Source of the DNA: an uncultured Acidobacteriota bacterium
Lineage (GTDB): Bacteria > Acidobacteriota > UBA6911
Direction: 5' to 3'
NCBI GenBank assembly: GCA_963843575.1
Contig: CAWJKZ010000017.1
Span: 64,001 to 128,000, forward strand
DNA: 64,000 nt
Part shown: positions 62,985 to 64,000 of the stretch, one piece after another
Layout: the number at the start of each line of letters is the position of its first letter
Numbering within the stretch: position 1 is the stretch's first letter
Made by a program: the position numbers and the translations under genes
The notes under the pieces: generated by a model
What the model was told of the DNA's origin: nothing
Database searches by the model: none
Seen by the model: only the letters and a program-made list of their open reading frames with translations

Positions 62985-64000
62985 TCACCTGCCGTTCTGC
63001 ACGGCACGCACTTCGGAGCGCACGGCGCCCGGGAGCAGCGGAATCTCCCAACCTGACCGCGGGGCGCCCGCGTCCCGGCTCAGCCGCCGCTCGCCGACCA
63101 GTTTGCCGGCGGCGTCGTATCCGCGGAGCGAGACCTGCGCCGCCGCGGCGATCCGTGCCATGAGGGTGCGCACGTCGCGACCGCCGAAGACGCCCTTGGG
63201 CGCCGACAGGACCAGCCGGTCGCCGGCGTCAACCGCGACGATCGAGAGGCCATTCTCCCCTTCGGCGGCCCGCACCGCCACGCTGCCGGCGCTCCCGAGA
63301 CCGTCGAAATCGCGCGGCGTGCCGCGACCGTCCACGAAGACGCAGTCGGGGGAGGCGAGCCGGTCGAAGCGCTTCCCGTCGTCTGCCAGCGCCGACGCGG
63401 TCACGAAGTCCCTCCCCTGGGCCGCCAGCCAACCGAAGGGCGGGAGCGTGTACTTGCGGCCTGCGTGCGCGACGGTCCAGGCCGTCTGCTCGTTCCCGTT
63501 CACCCAGACCTGCAGCCCGTTGGCGTACTTGAGATAGAGCCGGTTCTGCTTCCACGCACCCGTCCGCAAGGCCTCGGACGAGCCGGCCAGCCGGCTTCCC
63601 GTGCCGTAGCGGATCTCGGCCACCGGCTCCATCAGGTAGCGGCTCTGCAGCTGCTGGAGCATGTAGTACGACCGGCAGGTCTGGCGCATGCCGTGCGCCT
63701 CCTCGACGAGCCAGCCGATGTGGCCGTACGCGATGGTCGCCGCGAGGAACTGGTCGATGCTCCGGACGATGTTCTCCGGCTTCTGCCAGCCGTCCTTCCC
63801 GGTGAAAAACTGCGCGGTCCAGGGCACCCCGATGTCGACGGTCAGCGGGTGCATCTTGAGCAGGTCGAAGTGCGGCAGGTACGGGTACTGCCAGAGCCGC
63901 AGGTCGCTGTAGGTCAGGCCGTAGTTCCCGGTCGTCAACCCGGCGTAGAGCCACTGGTGGTGGCCCTCCGACCAGCAGTGCGCCGTCGTAGACGTCCTGG
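62985..64000 (-). CDS. Large hypothetical protein, probably carbohydrate-active; C-terminal part only, continues off the right edge
   Basis: Open frame to the edge with WSEGHHQWLYAGLTTGNY, FDLLKMHPL, DQFLAATIAYGHIG, RSYYML. Confidence 0.7.
   Translation of the reverse strand, partial: RTSTTAHCWSEGHHQWLYAGLTTGNYGLTYSDLRLWQYPYLPHFDLLKMHPLTVDIGVPWTAQFFTGKDGWQKPENIVRSIDQFLAATIAYGHIGWLVEEAHGMRQTCRSYYMLQQLQSRYLMEPVAEIRYGTGSRLAGSSEALRTGAWKQNRLYLKYANGLQVWVNGNEQTAWTVAHAGRKYTLPPFGWLAAQGRDFVTASALADDGKRFDRLASPDCVFVDGRGTPRDFDGLGSAGSVAVRAAEGENGLSIVAVDAGDRLVLSAPKGVFGGRDVRTLMARIAAAAQVSLRGYDAAGKLVGERRLSRDAGAPRSGWEIPLLPGAVRSEVRAVQNGR

Overview
High-GC bacterial chromosome segment. The gene content (Tat-exported TIM-barrel proteins, HpnH, alpha-2-macroglobulin/PBP1C, CocE/NonD, M16 protease, RRM protein) suggests Acidobacteriota, but this is inference. 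The first ~1.9 kb is a decayed integration hotspot around tRNA-Ser(GGA), with a tyrosine-integrase remnant, a DUF559/Vsr-like nuclease pseudogene and truncated island genes. The rest is mostly core or envelope metabolism: gltA, hemN-hemH, lhr, polB, tex, hpnH, A2M-pbpC, peptidases and transporters. Many genes carry single-base frameshifts that look like long-read indel errors. The main second-look items are four. (1) A periplasmic GMC flavoprotein + Tat lipoprotein + nine-heme cytochrome c operon sits next to two Tat-exported TIM-barrel isomerase/lyase-fold genes and a secreted ADP-ribosylglycohydrolase-fold gene; this is a candidate respiratory glycoside oxidation/elimination system. (2) There is a layered set of small mobile DNAs: GTGG-type REP/REPINs, a MITE that inserts into REP loops and carries REPs as cargo, and a 272-bp MITE with a TAA duplication inside the A2M-pbpC operon. 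(3) An SLC13 / adenylate-forming-like enzyme / Wzx flippase / CobW operon. (4) Repeated leaderless-type promoters, and an attenuator-like leader on the RRM gene. No CRISPR array, rRNA or intact transposase was seen.
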